Origin: Anthoceros angustus
Taxonomy: Eukaryota; Plantae; Anthocerotophyta
Length of the DNA: 64,000 bases
Assembly: GCA_010909165.1 (NCBI GenBank)
Contig: MU008167.1
Span: 1,054,001 to 1,118,000, forward strand
Direction of reading: 5' to 3'
Shown: positions 34,960 through 46,941 of the stretch, one piece after another
How the letters are laid out: each line of letters begins with the position of its first letter
Numbering within the stretch: position 1 is the first letter of the stretch
Notes under the pieces: model-generated
Told to the model about the DNA's origin: nothing
The model's input: only the letters and a program-made list of their open reading frames with translations
Database searches by the model: none
Program-made: the position numbers and the translations under genes

Positions 34960-36967
34960 TGGTGACCCAGCCATTCTCCACCCTAGACAATGTGGGGCAA
35001 TGGCGACAGCCTCCTACGACTTTTGGGGAGATGGCTTCCGGAAGGATCAATGATTATCCGCCACATTCCTCTTCAGGCCTCATAAAAGCGACTGGAACAA
35101 TCAATATTCCAGTGCGGGGTTGGTTCTCGTGTTGCCTTCCCCTGTGGCCTTCTCCCTCATGTGCCCTGCACACTCCCGAACCAACGCCGGACTATTGTAA
35201 CACCACTTTTTGTCCATGAAGGACAGGTGATGCTTAGCCACCAAAGAACCCGCCTTCACTCTCCAGTGGCTCATGTTAGGCCACTGGACAGTGGTAATGG
35301 CCTCAATGGCCACCGGAGTGGTCTTCTTAGGGGCCATGCTTCCTGACCTGTGACGCGGGCTCCGAGTTTACAGAAGCAAGAGTCCCGGCTATCGCGATGC
35401 ACCGCCACAGGCGCCACTTCACCACAAGCCTTCTGTGTCTACTGTTCAGGTATCGGCCTTCTCAGGGCCGACTCCCCATCCGAAATTTCCACTTAGCCCT
35501 GGCTGCTTGACTAGAGAATCTCCCTATGGAGTAACTGCTGCTCGGCTTGGTATCTTTCTGTCCCTACAACCTGGAAGGCACGTCAGACTACCCTCAGGTC
35601 CTGGATTTATTCCACCCGCAGTCAGCCCGTTCCTATGTCCCGACTTTTCTCCGCACCACCACGAATTGGAACCCTGTTCTCCTTCTCACAACTGCCGCCT
35701 CGGCTCGGACCCGGTGCCAACATGCCGCCGCTCGGACTAATCAGCCGCCTTCCACCTCGAATTGGAACCCTGTTCTCCTTCTCTGACTGCCAACCCCGGC
35801 CGCCTGCTCGCACTGCCAACATGCCCCGCTCAGATTAATCGCCGCCCACCTCACCTACTCGTGGTAAGGCTTGAGGTGTATCCACCCAACTTGGTTAGAT
35901 GACTCTGGTGCACGCCGTCTCGGCCCCTATCCGCAGCAGGCGTCCGCACTTCGGTTAATTATTCCGGGCATGTCTCTCCCATCGTGTTACTCTGCTCGGC
36001 CTACTCGGCATGCCCAACCCTTATGGTCAGACCCTGTTTCCACTTCTCTAGTTACAAGAATCACTTTCTCAGGACACTTCTCCCGAGTGCGTACACACCG
36101 TCCGTCCTTGCCACACCCTACTTTTTCATCAATCCTGCGGGCGGTTCTCCCGGCCGCTTCACTGCTCTATCCAATTCGCCGGTTTTTCCAGCCTTCTGCG
36201 GCGCGATCGCGGCGCTGCAAACACCGCCCATCCTCCTCCAGGAGCTGCAGCGATTACTTCCACCGCTAGAGAACTGCCACGCCTCCTCGCTACGTCGGTG
36301 CTCGATCACGCCGCTTCGTATGGCGTTCTCCACTGCACTGCCATGCGTCGCTCGCGCCACCTCGCTCCTTCCACCGATCAGTAACTTGGTGCCGCCGCGG
36401 CTTTCGGCTCTCCGCTTCACCCCGCATCCTCCCGAGCGTGTTGCCTCACCAAATTCAGCTGCTTCAGCGTTGCTGCGCTGGCACCTTCGCGACTCTGCTG
36501 TGACCCGCCTTATGACTGGTCTCCACCACGGGCGCACTCGAAGTTCAGGGCTGGGTGTTTGATTATAAGATACCCTCGTCACTTCCACCGTGGGCTTAAT
36601 TGCTAATAGGACCCCCCGTTACTTCCGTCCGGTTATTTTCCTGTGATTTCGCCCAAATAGGTTTTCCGAATTTATCGGAAAATAACTCCGACTTGGTTGC
36701 TACCACAACAACAGGCTCCCGAGGCTATTCTATAGCATAGTCCTGTTAGCAACGGCTCTAGCGATCACAAGTAGCGCCGAAAGCACCGACCCTCCGAGGT
36801 TCTGTCAAGGATCAGGACTAGACTCTCTTTCTCCTTCTAGGCCCTAGTAGACTTTTCTTATTTCCTAACCTACTTCACATTCCAACTCCACACGATTCTC
36901 ACAACTTAAACAAAAACAAAAAAAACACTCCTTTTCGAGGGGGTCTGAGTACCCATGTGGTCACCAC
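34960..36967 (-). mobile_element. Divergent member (copy B) of the same family, tail-to-tail with copy A
   Basis: TGTGG terminus at 36967, then a C-run and a T-run as in the other copies; MAPKKTTP ORF at 35337; RVENGWVTNKL motif near 34965; ~97-bp repeat pair at 35660-35850. Confidence 0.55.
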
Positions 36968-38589
36968 AGCTACTGATCTAAGTGCGGCTTATCTCCGACA
37001 CGGAGGCCAGTCGAGACATGGTATGCCTGCCGTCTGGGATTGCTCTGAATCACGGGGTTTGAAAAGAGAATTGATGTGAGTGTTGGTGCGGTGGTAAGTG
37101 TGCACAGGCAACTTGAACGAAAGTGTTTGCCTATACAATTATTGACGCAACCCTCTCCAAACACGGAGTATTGCACCTCTTTGGAGTATAAGTGCGCCGG
37201 ACGTCCGGCTCACTCCAGTTCTTTGGAGCATAAGTGCGCCAGTCATCCGGCCACTTGGTACAAATATATGTCCGGCATTTGTACGGACGGTGGGCACATT
37301 AGGTCTTCTTTTGGGCTCGGATGCATGGGCTGTAGGTTCGCAAATCATTGAAAACAATGAAACGAGACATGTGCATTTCTGGATGGTTGGGGCCAAAATG
37401 GGGTTCGGAGACAAACCCCTATGCTGAGAAACATTGTTCTTATCATCACCTGATACCAGATGCATGAATGCAGATGCAGGGATGACTGGAAACTTTGTTG
37501 AATCAAGAGCACCTGCGCAGGCCATGGTCCTGGTGCTATATGTATAGTAGGAGGTGTCGGGCAGCTCCCGGAGCTTCTGCAATTTGTGTTGGAGGCAGGT
37601 AGGACCAGTGAAGGTATCTAGGAGAAGTGATAGAGCTACTACATACCTACATTCTGATATTCTTCGATAAAGTTATCAACCGCCAAATGGATTGAGTAGG
37701 TTGAGAGCGTCGTCAAGGACTAGACCAATTGCAAATAATTACAGCAATATAATGTGATCCTTCGCCACTTCATATAGCCCAGTCAAGAGGCAAGCCAATT
37801 GATCCTTGGTATGTTTGATTAGCAATCTTGGTGACCTTCCAAGCGATCGCTGGCGAGAAAGCTTGGTCCAGGTTGTTCAATCCTCTGAATAAATTCATCG
37901 TTCATTCAGCTCTTTGACGTATCATTTCTTGGGAATCGTTGCTCCTCTTGAGTTTGCAACTCTCAGATGGAGATAAACGTCCTGAAATTGCTGGTTAGTC
38001 CAGCATATGGGATAGAGCCTAACGTCATGTCATTCTCCCCTTAGACATGAAGCTACAGGATCTCCGCACACCTTCAGTTAAATCCTTGAATATATTACTT
38101 CTGCTCCTAGACAGAGTCTCGGGATCCTCAAACCTTAGTTTCAATCCTTTAATGCTAGAATTGCCCTGACACATACTTTTCTTAAACCTTCAATTCAATC
38201 CTTTTAAAACATTCCAAAGCTGCCTTGTAGATATAATTGACACATTATTAGAACCTACGGATAAAATGAACCCATGTACCTTAGGACCCCATAGACAATA
38301 TTCGCAAAGGTTGCATCAAATTGAAGAGGTATACATGAGGAATATTAGCTTGTTCAAACCTACAACATATTATGGTATAAAGGTGATCTTGTACCGAAGA
38401 AGTTGCATGAAGGAATATGGCACATGTGGGCGAACTTTCGTTGATGGACCAGCTAGGCGCACACTAAATCCCATATCGTGTAGTACAAGGTTCGATCCCA
38501 AGGGAATGTTTCGCACCGTCCGCTTATTAATTACCTACTTCGAGCTCCTAACTAATCCAGGCTGTTATCGTTAGCCGGACCCCGACGCC

Positions 38590-39231
38590 ACCATACCCAC
38601 TCTATGCCTTCTTTTCCAGGTTTTCAATGTCTTTCCTCTTTCCGACATCATGTCTTCAATAACTCAGACAAGGCCTTTGGAGGTATCGCCTGCTATCTCC
38701 GTAAGCCCCTGGCTGCCTTTATCTCTCTGGTCAGGATTGATATGCAAAGCACCGTTCTATGAGTGGAGACTTTTGCCTCCCTTCTACCTTCAGTGCATAA
38801 CCTTTATATACGTGTTTGTTATTTTCCTCCCTAATCCTCCAAATATGCTGCAAACGGTGTCAACCCATATGTCGACCTCTCCAAGCCTGTGTCTGAGTTT
38901 TCTTCTATTGCTGACATTCTCCTTGTTGGCGATTTCAACGCCTGGACTAGTTGCTAGCAGGCTTCCATTTATGATTCTATAGACTCTGACAAATTATTCC
39001 CGCTGGACCCACAAGATTTCGGGCTCAACAGATTTTCGATGATACCCATGATGTCAACGCCTATGGCTTTGCCTTATTTCAGCTTGCTGAGGCTCACAAT
39101 CTCCTCATCTTCAATGATCTACCACGTTGGCCGGACAGTTGCAGAAATTCTTTCTTTTGCGGCGATGGTCATACTTCTAGCAGGCGGGGTTATATTATTG
39201 GAGAAATCAACTTCTATCCGCAACTCTAACC
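38590..39231 (+). mobile_element. Non-LTR retrotransposon APE endonuclease fragment (degenerate)
   Basis: GGIACYLRK, LYIRVCYFPP, ILLVGDFNAWT and NAYGFALFQLAEAHNLLIFND.PRWP motifs across frames. Confidence 0.85.
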
Positions 39232-40759
39232 TGTGGACTAGGGTGTATGTCCGCTTTGGTGTACCACGTTATGTATTAAAAAAACAAGTGACCCAAGCGG
39301 ACCCAAGCGGCACAGTGACACAATTGGCCATAATTTGAGTGTTTTCAAAATAGTCAAATGGCTGAGTATATGTCGAATACATTTCGAATGTGTACCCGTG
39401 ACCGGCGTGAAGCTAACAAGGCGCCACGCCATCATCTTCACGCCCTGGCGGAGTGAAGCCACTGTGTCACCAAAGTGCATGTTGATTTCTGCGAGCGCCA
39501 AGCACGCAATTTCTTGGCGTTTGAATGCGGTCCCTCGACTAGAGCGCAAAGGGAGGGAAGGCGCGGTGGAAGCAACCCAAAGAAGGTGTGTATTTTTGCT
39601 GGACTCTCTCAATGCTCCGAGGCAGGTCCCTAAGCCGGCAGCTGTTTTTGCAGGAAGCGGCTCCCCGTCCATGTCGTGGAAGGTGGGAACACCTCCCAAA
39701 CATTGGGCTCTCGCTCGACTGCAAGAGGGAGCAGCAAAGGAGCATCCGGCCTAGTGTCCAGGTTCCAATTTCCCGCTCGGATGCCAGTTACGCAGTGTTG
39801 TGGCCTGTGTGGTTTGGTCCAGGGTATCTGGAATAGGCACCGGCGTCTGTCTGCAGTGTGATGAGCTACTGCTTTGTGGCAGGTCAGATTGGCATGTGTG
39901 CCTCCAAGTGTGTGCAATCATGCAATTCTTTTGCTCCACTCGATCTTGCTCTCGTGGCGATGTGCAGCTCATGAGCTACGATTCCGCTCATGCGCAAATT
40001 GCACTCTGGTTGCGCCAAGGGGATAAGAGCCATCTCCTTTGCCTCTTGCAGCAGCTAAAGTGGCTAGTCTGTTTGTGTGCAGTGTGTAGTGTCTATGACC
40101 GCTCATTGTCTGTGCGGATTGCGTTTGGTTTGGGGTAGGACGGCTCCACATGTGTGTCGGGTGTATGCATCAAAGTTGGCGATGTGCGGGCGTGAGCTGC
40201 TCTTTGTGTGCATGTGCAAGATGAGATGCTAGAATGCTACTGTGGTCAATTAGAGCATGTGCACGAATGATATGATGGTTCTGCAGTGAACGATTTTCCG
40301 ATTGATAGGCTCCGGAAAATGATTGGCTATGCATGAGGTGTGGCTACGGGTTTTGTGAGGTGTGCCACACAAAACCCGTAGCCTTGTGGTGTTGTGTGGT
40401 TTGTGGCTTTGTCCGTGTGTTTTGGTGTGTGGTTTGCATGTGTGGTGTGTTTTGTGGCTTTGCCTTTGTGGTGAGGTGTGTGGCTTTGTCTTAGTCTATG
40501 TGGTGTGCTGCGTTTCTTGCTTGTTGTTAATGTTTTGGAGCGGAAGCACATGTACCGACCTAAGAGATCTGGGCTTAGTGAGGAGACTGGAAGGGAAGCT
40601 TTGTCCAGGTTCACAAGCAACTTGGTGAGCTTGCTTCCGGCCAGGTGAGCTTCTAACTAATTGCATGTTCCGAGGCTATGTTTGAGGCGAAGCATCCTCG
40701 ATCCAATCTGAGGATGAGGAGTCCGGGAGAGTGCAACTAGCGGCGATGTTCGCCGTGGC

Positions 40760-43700
40760 GTGAGGGGAGATCAACGCATAATAGCAAAGCAACGAAACAA
40801 GCGGGGATGCACAGCAGCTAAGCGAGATAGCAAGATTGATGCCATCTGGGATCACCTAAGCGGTCCGCAACTTTGGACATGGAAGGATGAAGAGGGAACA
40901 TGCGGCAAGATGGGTGCAATGTTAGAGACAAGGCATCATAGGAGCCTGCGTGAAAAGATTGGAGGCAAAGAGGTGATTGAATCGTGGTTTGGACCCCCAT
41001 CTACCAATGATGGTTACATTTGGAAGCAAACTGATAAACTAAGTGATGAAGAATGGAGGATGGTGGACGACCTTGTCTACCATATTTACCTGAGGCCCTC
41101 CTTAGGGAGAAGAAGATTCCCGGTGATGTGCCTTGGGATACTAATGGAGAAGCTCGAGGAGTTCGTGTTAGCTGAGCCAAGATAAGAATGTACGGAGGGC
41201 ATCGAGGCTCATGCAAAACGGGTGGAAAACGATTCAAGGTGAAAGATGCTTTGGATTGCTTGGAGAGGAGGTCCACGAGATAGATCTTATGGTGGGTGAC
41301 AAGAGGGTGAGCGAACCACAACTGGTAAGTCCACATTCAGCATGCAAACATTCGCTGGAAGTGGTAAGGTGGTCATGTATGCTTGCATGGTTAGAATTCA
41401 TGTTGTTCCTTGGTTGCTTGCTCAATTTTGGCTCACGTCATGTCACTCGGGATGCCCTGTGAATGGATTTATGAGAGAAACATCGAGGTATGCCAAGTGA
41501 CACAGCGTGTCACTTGAATTGCCTCAGTGTCACCTAGTTTGCTAGCTTGATTAGGTTCTGATGTGTTGAGCACGCTCGGTGACAAGCACCGAGCGCACTG
41601 TCGCGGAACATGGCACGCTAGTTGCACTCATGTGACACAACCACGAGGTGGTCTGTAGGTGTACAGGGCATTGTGTCATCTCGTGTAATCCACAACTGCT
41701 CGTCGTGATAGTGCGAGACCTCGACTCAAGACCGAATCGCAGCTTTCATCGAACGCCCGCCTGCGGGGAGTGTAGGAGGTGATAATTGCAATCGCGTTGG
41801 GGTCGACCGGAGGCGACGCCACAAGAGAGCCTCTAGAGGAGAAGCAGCGATTAGGGAGGTGGCCTTTGACATTCGTAAAAGCCTACAAGAGATGGAAGAT
41901 TTGGATCGGGTGATCCAAGCGGCGTTGAGGATACACGATCTTCCGAACAACGTGCATTAGTGAATCACTTAGGGACCCAACCGCAAGGGTGTATGGTCTT
42001 GAAAAGGTCCACTGTCAAAGGGTGGAGGAGCTAGCTCGGGAGTCAGACATCAAAGGTTATGAGCAAGCGTGTGCCATCGTGTGGACCGCATGCAGCGGAG
42101 TTGGAGTGCATTGCAGCGTCTGAAAGAAGTGGTTGATAGAACAGAGTCCCAAGGCAAGGGCACCAGATGGGTTGCTGCGCCATTGGAAAGGAAGAGTGCA
42201 CCAACCATCTCTGTTAACGCCTGCCCTATTTGTTCCAGGTAATACCCATGAGGCTAGGCCACTGAGTGTCGTTGTTGCTGCATCACGACCCTTGTCTTGG
42301 TTTTCGTGCTGCCTCACCAATCTTTGGCTATTTTTGATGTTTTCGCCCGCAGTGGTTTGTGAGCGATCATGTTGTCTTGTGGGCACATGTACCACGAGCC
42401 ATGCTTGTTTCAGATCGCAAACAACAAACACTGCACTAGATTGTAGTCGGAAGTTGACCCCCATCTACCAATGATGGTTACATTTGGAAGCAAGCAAACT
42501 AAGTGATGAAGAATGGAGGATGGTGGGCGACCTTGTCTACCATATTTACGAGGCCCTCCTTAGGGAGAAGAAGATTCCCGGTGATGTGCCTTGGGATACT
42601 AATGGAGAAGCTCGAGGAGTTCGTGTTAATGGAGCCAACTGGAGCATCGAGGCTCATGCAAAAACGGGTGGAAAACGTATTCAAGGTGAAAGATCTTTGG
42701 ATTGGAGAGGGAGGTCCACAGAGATAGATCTTATGGTGGGTGACAAGACCCAGGTAAAACCACAATCTGGTAAGTCCACATTCAGCATGCAAACATTATT
42801 TGGAAGTGGTAAGGTGGTCATGTATGCTTGCATGGTTAGAATTCATGTTGTTCCTTGGTTGCTCAATTTTGGCTCACGTCATGTCACTCGGGATGCCCTG
42901 TGAGCGATTTACTGCGTATGAGATTCGAGAAACATCGAGGTATGCCAAGTGACACGTGTCACTTGAATTGCCTCGATGCTAGCTTGATTAGGTTCTGATG
43001 TGTTGAGCACGCTCGGTGACAAGCCCGGGGCACAGCGACTGCCATGGAACATGGCACGCTAGTTGCACTCATGTGACACAACCACGAGGTGGTCTGTAGG
43101 TGTAGGGCATTGTGTCATCTCGTGTAATCCATGTAACAAATCGTGGCGGTCACGAGAACCTCGGCTCAAGACCGAATCGCAAGAGCTTCTTCGAGCCCGC
43201 CTGGGTGGGCGAGGAGGTGATAATTGCAATCGCGTTGGGGTGAGGCGGGGGCCACACAGCGAGGCCTCCTAAGCAGGAGAAGCAGCGATTAGGGAAGGTG
43301 GCCTTTGACATTCGTAAAAGCCTACAAGAGATGGAAGATTTGGATCGGGTGATCCAAGCGGCGTTGAGGATACACCGATCTTCCGAACAACGTGCATTAG
43401 TGAATCACTTAGGGACCCAACCGCAAGGGTTGTATGGTCTTGAAAAGGTCCACTTGTCAAAGGTGGAGGAGCTAGCTGAGTCGACATCAAAGGTTATGAG
43501 CATGAAAGCGGTGCTCTTGTGGGCATGCATGAGTTGGAGTGCATTGTCCGAAAGAAGTGGTTGATAGAGCGAGTCCCAAGGCAAGGGCACGGATGGGTTC
43601 GCGCCATTGGAAAGGAAGAGTGCACCAACCATCTCTGCCGCCCTATTTGTTCCGTGTAATACCCATGAGGCCGAGCCCGAAATTATGTGCATCACGACCT

Positions 43701-43873
43701 TGTCTTGGTTTTCGTGGTGCCTCACCAATCTTTGGCTATTTTTGATGTTTTCGCCCGCAGTGGTTGGTATTGTGAGCGAGATCATGTTGTCTTGTGGGCA
43801 CATGTACCACGAGCCATGCTTGTTTCAGATCGCAAACAACAAACACTGCACTAGAAGATTGTATGGAAGTTGA
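40760..43873 (+). other. Fragmented, probably intron-containing gene of unknown type with a RING-H2 core; present as a ~1.45 kb tandem duplication
   Basis: ORF pieces at 40760-41185, 42484-42903 and 43298-43564; GTAAGT donors; LSCGHMYHEPC (C-x-H-x2-H-x2-C) at 42378-42404 and 43793-43819. Confidence 0.45.
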
Positions 43874-43878
43874 CCCCG

Positions 43879-44358
43879 ATGGATGAGAGCAAAGGTCGAA
43901 GCAGCCCCCACAATCGACCAATGAGTAAGGAATGGGAGTCCGAGTTCATGAACCTCCTCAAAGATCCGGATCACTTCCTCACACTGGACAAAGTACAACG
44001 TCGGGTGCGACAGGAGATCCCACCGCTTCTCCGGTATCTCTGCATGCGGGCTTATTCATTGTGTTGTGCGGTTTGTTGGCCCGTTGACATTATGCTACCA
44101 CTCAAGGATCTTGACAACAATATTCCTTTTGTCAATTGTGCGGCATGTTATGAGAAGCGCCACTACTATCTAGTGGATCTCGGTGTTCCTATAAGGAACA
44201 CCCAAAATTATTTTCCGAGGCACGGATCATTGGTTGGCCTGGCTCCATTTGTATTGTGCGCTTGGATGAAAGGAGGTTTTTGCTACCCTCCTTCCGTGAA
44301 GCCGGAGTGGAGGTGCAAGTCATGGCAACTAAGCATGCAAGTGGACACCACGAAGTAG
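43879..44358 (+). CDS. Unknown 159-aa ORF with two CxxC pairs (CAVC...CAAC), possible zinc ribbon
   Basis: Open frame from ATG 43879; no recognisable family. Confidence 0.35.
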   Translation: MDESKGRSSPHNRPMSKEWESEFMNLLKDPDHFLTLDKVQRRVRQEIPPLLRYLCMRAYSLCCAVCWPVDIMLPLKDLDNNIPFVNCAACYEKRHYYLVDLGVPIRNTQNYFPRHGSLVGLAPFVLCAWMKGGFCYPPSVKPEWRCKSWQLSMQVDTTK

Positions 44359-45065
44359 GAGAGCGTTGGTGCTAGGGATGTGTGATGAGTCGGACGAGCT
44401 GCAGACAAAGGACACACCTCCAAACTTACCTCGGGACGTGGTGGAGGCCATGGAAGCATTGGAAGCTGCAGATGCCTTGCCGGACATACATGATCAGGAG
44501 GCCAGCCAGGCGCAGAACCCACAAGCTCTTCAAGAACCCCAAGCCTTCCCAAGAGTTGAGGTGCGAGGTTTCACATGTCAACACCATGCCACCCTGTAGC
44601 CATTGGCACACCATGAGTGGAGATGGAGACACTAGCATGTATCCGCCACCACCATGTGTGGAGTTGGTGCATCAAGTGGCGGTGAAGTGCACCAGACGTG
44701 AGGTGGAAAAAGGGTCACTAGTAGTGGGCACGAAGTCACGAGCTGGAAAAAGAAACACCTGAGCTAGAGACGGAGACACATCCGGATGTCACACCAGACA
44801 TGTCTAACCGAATCATGTTACTGCGCGTGAACGGCCGGTGAGGAGAGAGAGTCCGGACCAGGGGGTCCAAGCGGAAGTCAAGGCAATCGACTAAGACAAA
44901 GCGACCGATAAAATCAAGAGTGGTTGCGAGCGGTGGACCCGCGCACGAATTGGAGCCGGAGACAACTACGTGGTGGCGGTGAGGAAGGCAATGATGAACA
45001 CGTGACTTCTACGTCCCGAAGTGCATCGGGGGTTCACAAGTTGTCCTGACGTTGGATCTGGAACA

Positions 45066-46010
45066 GATGCTCTTCCCAAGGAACTGAGGTTTGAAGGAAC
45101 TATTACAGGCAAGTGTCCCTAGGTGTGTATGAACTATTGAACAAGGGGAAGACTGGAGTCCCGGTTGTCCTCCGTGCAAGCTTGGTGAAAGCGACAAAGG
45201 TCGTCCTTGAAGAACAGGAGAGGATGGAGCCCAACAACAAGAATGAAGTACCACTGTTTTGGATGAACCCAGCAATGGTAGCATTCGTAAAGGCTGCATG
45301 CAAAGAGCCCCCTATGTATAGCTTATTCCTCTTTGTTGATCAGAGAAGGTTGCAGACATTGACATATTGCACGGATTCTCTTTTTGTGCGATCTGATTTC
45401 AAATCAGATCGCAGTCGAGCCGGGGTTCTCACATACTGTTTGAGTCACATGTCGAGACATTGAAGACATCCTTTAATCCCACGATACAGTGGGTCCTATC
45501 ATCACTACTCGGGAAGAGTGCACTTGTGCACACTCATGATCGTGCAGTGATGCTCTTCCCAAGGCTGGTTGAAGGAACTATTACGCAAGTGTCCCCGGTG
45601 TGTATGAACTATTGAACAAGGGAAGATCGGTGTCCGGTTGTCCTCCGTGCAAGCTCAGTGAAAGCGACAAAGGTCGTCCTTGAAGAATCAGGAGGATGGA
45701 GCCCAACAACAAGAATGAAGTACCCTTTTTGGATGAACCCCAAAGCATGTAGAAGGCTGCATGCAAAGAGGCCCCTAAGTAGAGCTTATTCCTTTTTGGT
45801 GATCGAGAAGGTTGCGAGACATTGACATATTGCACGGATTCTCTTTTTGTGCCATCGATTTCAAATCGGATCGCGATCAGTCGGGGTTCTCACATCTTTG
45901 TTTGAGTCACATGTCGAGACATTGAAGACATCCTTTAATCCCACGATGGGTCGGTCCTATCATCACTACTCGGGAAGAGTGTGCACTTGTGCACACTCAT
46001 GATCAGTGCA
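45066..46010. repeat. ~483-bp tandem duplication of unknown coding-like sequence
   Basis: GATGCTCTTCCCAAGG at 45066 and 45549; the copies differ mainly by indels. Confidence 0.85.
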
Positions 46011-46941
46011 TAGCGGATCGACCTTGATTGTGTGAAAACTAATGAACATCACGATCCGTTGGGTGAAACCAACTTTGGTTGTCAGTACTCAAGTCTCATT
46101 TCTAGCCGAGTCATGAAACCGATTGCAAATAACGCAGATGCACTTATCGTCCTAAGGGATTACAACCCAACTTCATGGGTGACTCCTAGAACTCTCAGTG
46201 CATACATGGGATAGCTAGCTAGACTAGCTCTTACATCACAAGATTGGGACTTAGAGGATGGAGCCACAAGTGGGGTGATCGGCCGCCATCTCCATTTCTG
46301 CAAGGTGAGACACTTGTTGTGTTGTAATTGTGGTATCACATCCGGCATCTTCCTCGTCCGCCATAGTCGGTGATTACCGCTCGTGAGCCGGGCAATACTT
46401 GAATTTGCGCCTGCCTTCCAGCTTGCCGAACTTGCCGGATCAACGCCACCGCCGCAACTCCACCGCCACCGGTCCGGCGCTATTTGCTGCGGCACTCGCA
46501 GCACCAATGGATCGACCTGCCTGCGACGTTGAGCCACCACACCAGCCATAGCATCGGCCCTTGCCACCGCTCTGTCTCAGCCCGCCATCGCAGCCATGTC
46601 GTTCAGAATCTTGAAGGTAGAAACGTCTGGTAAGAAGGTGATGTACGGGAAGATGTGTCTATCAGTATTGACAGTCTGTCAGTATCGCCCGAGAAGATAT
46701 GTCTGTCAACGCGAGGCTTAGGGGCACCAATATCGCGCTCACATAGTGTGCACCACTGTGCATGTTTTGTGGCCTACGCAACACAATACTGTGAAGGATT
46801 TACCACATACTTTGGATGCCATTCAGGTATGGATAACGAGGCAATATGGCACATGGTTCCAATAGGTGCCATCCGACATCCAATAGGTGCCATCCGGCAT
46901 TCCAAGCAAGCAACGTCTCACACACACATTCCTAATTGCTA

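Noticed and set aside
39232-39243. TGTGGACTAGGG as a fifth copy of the TGTGG family
   Set aside because: Similarity to copy A stops after about 12 bp, and no leader or MAPKK ORF follows.
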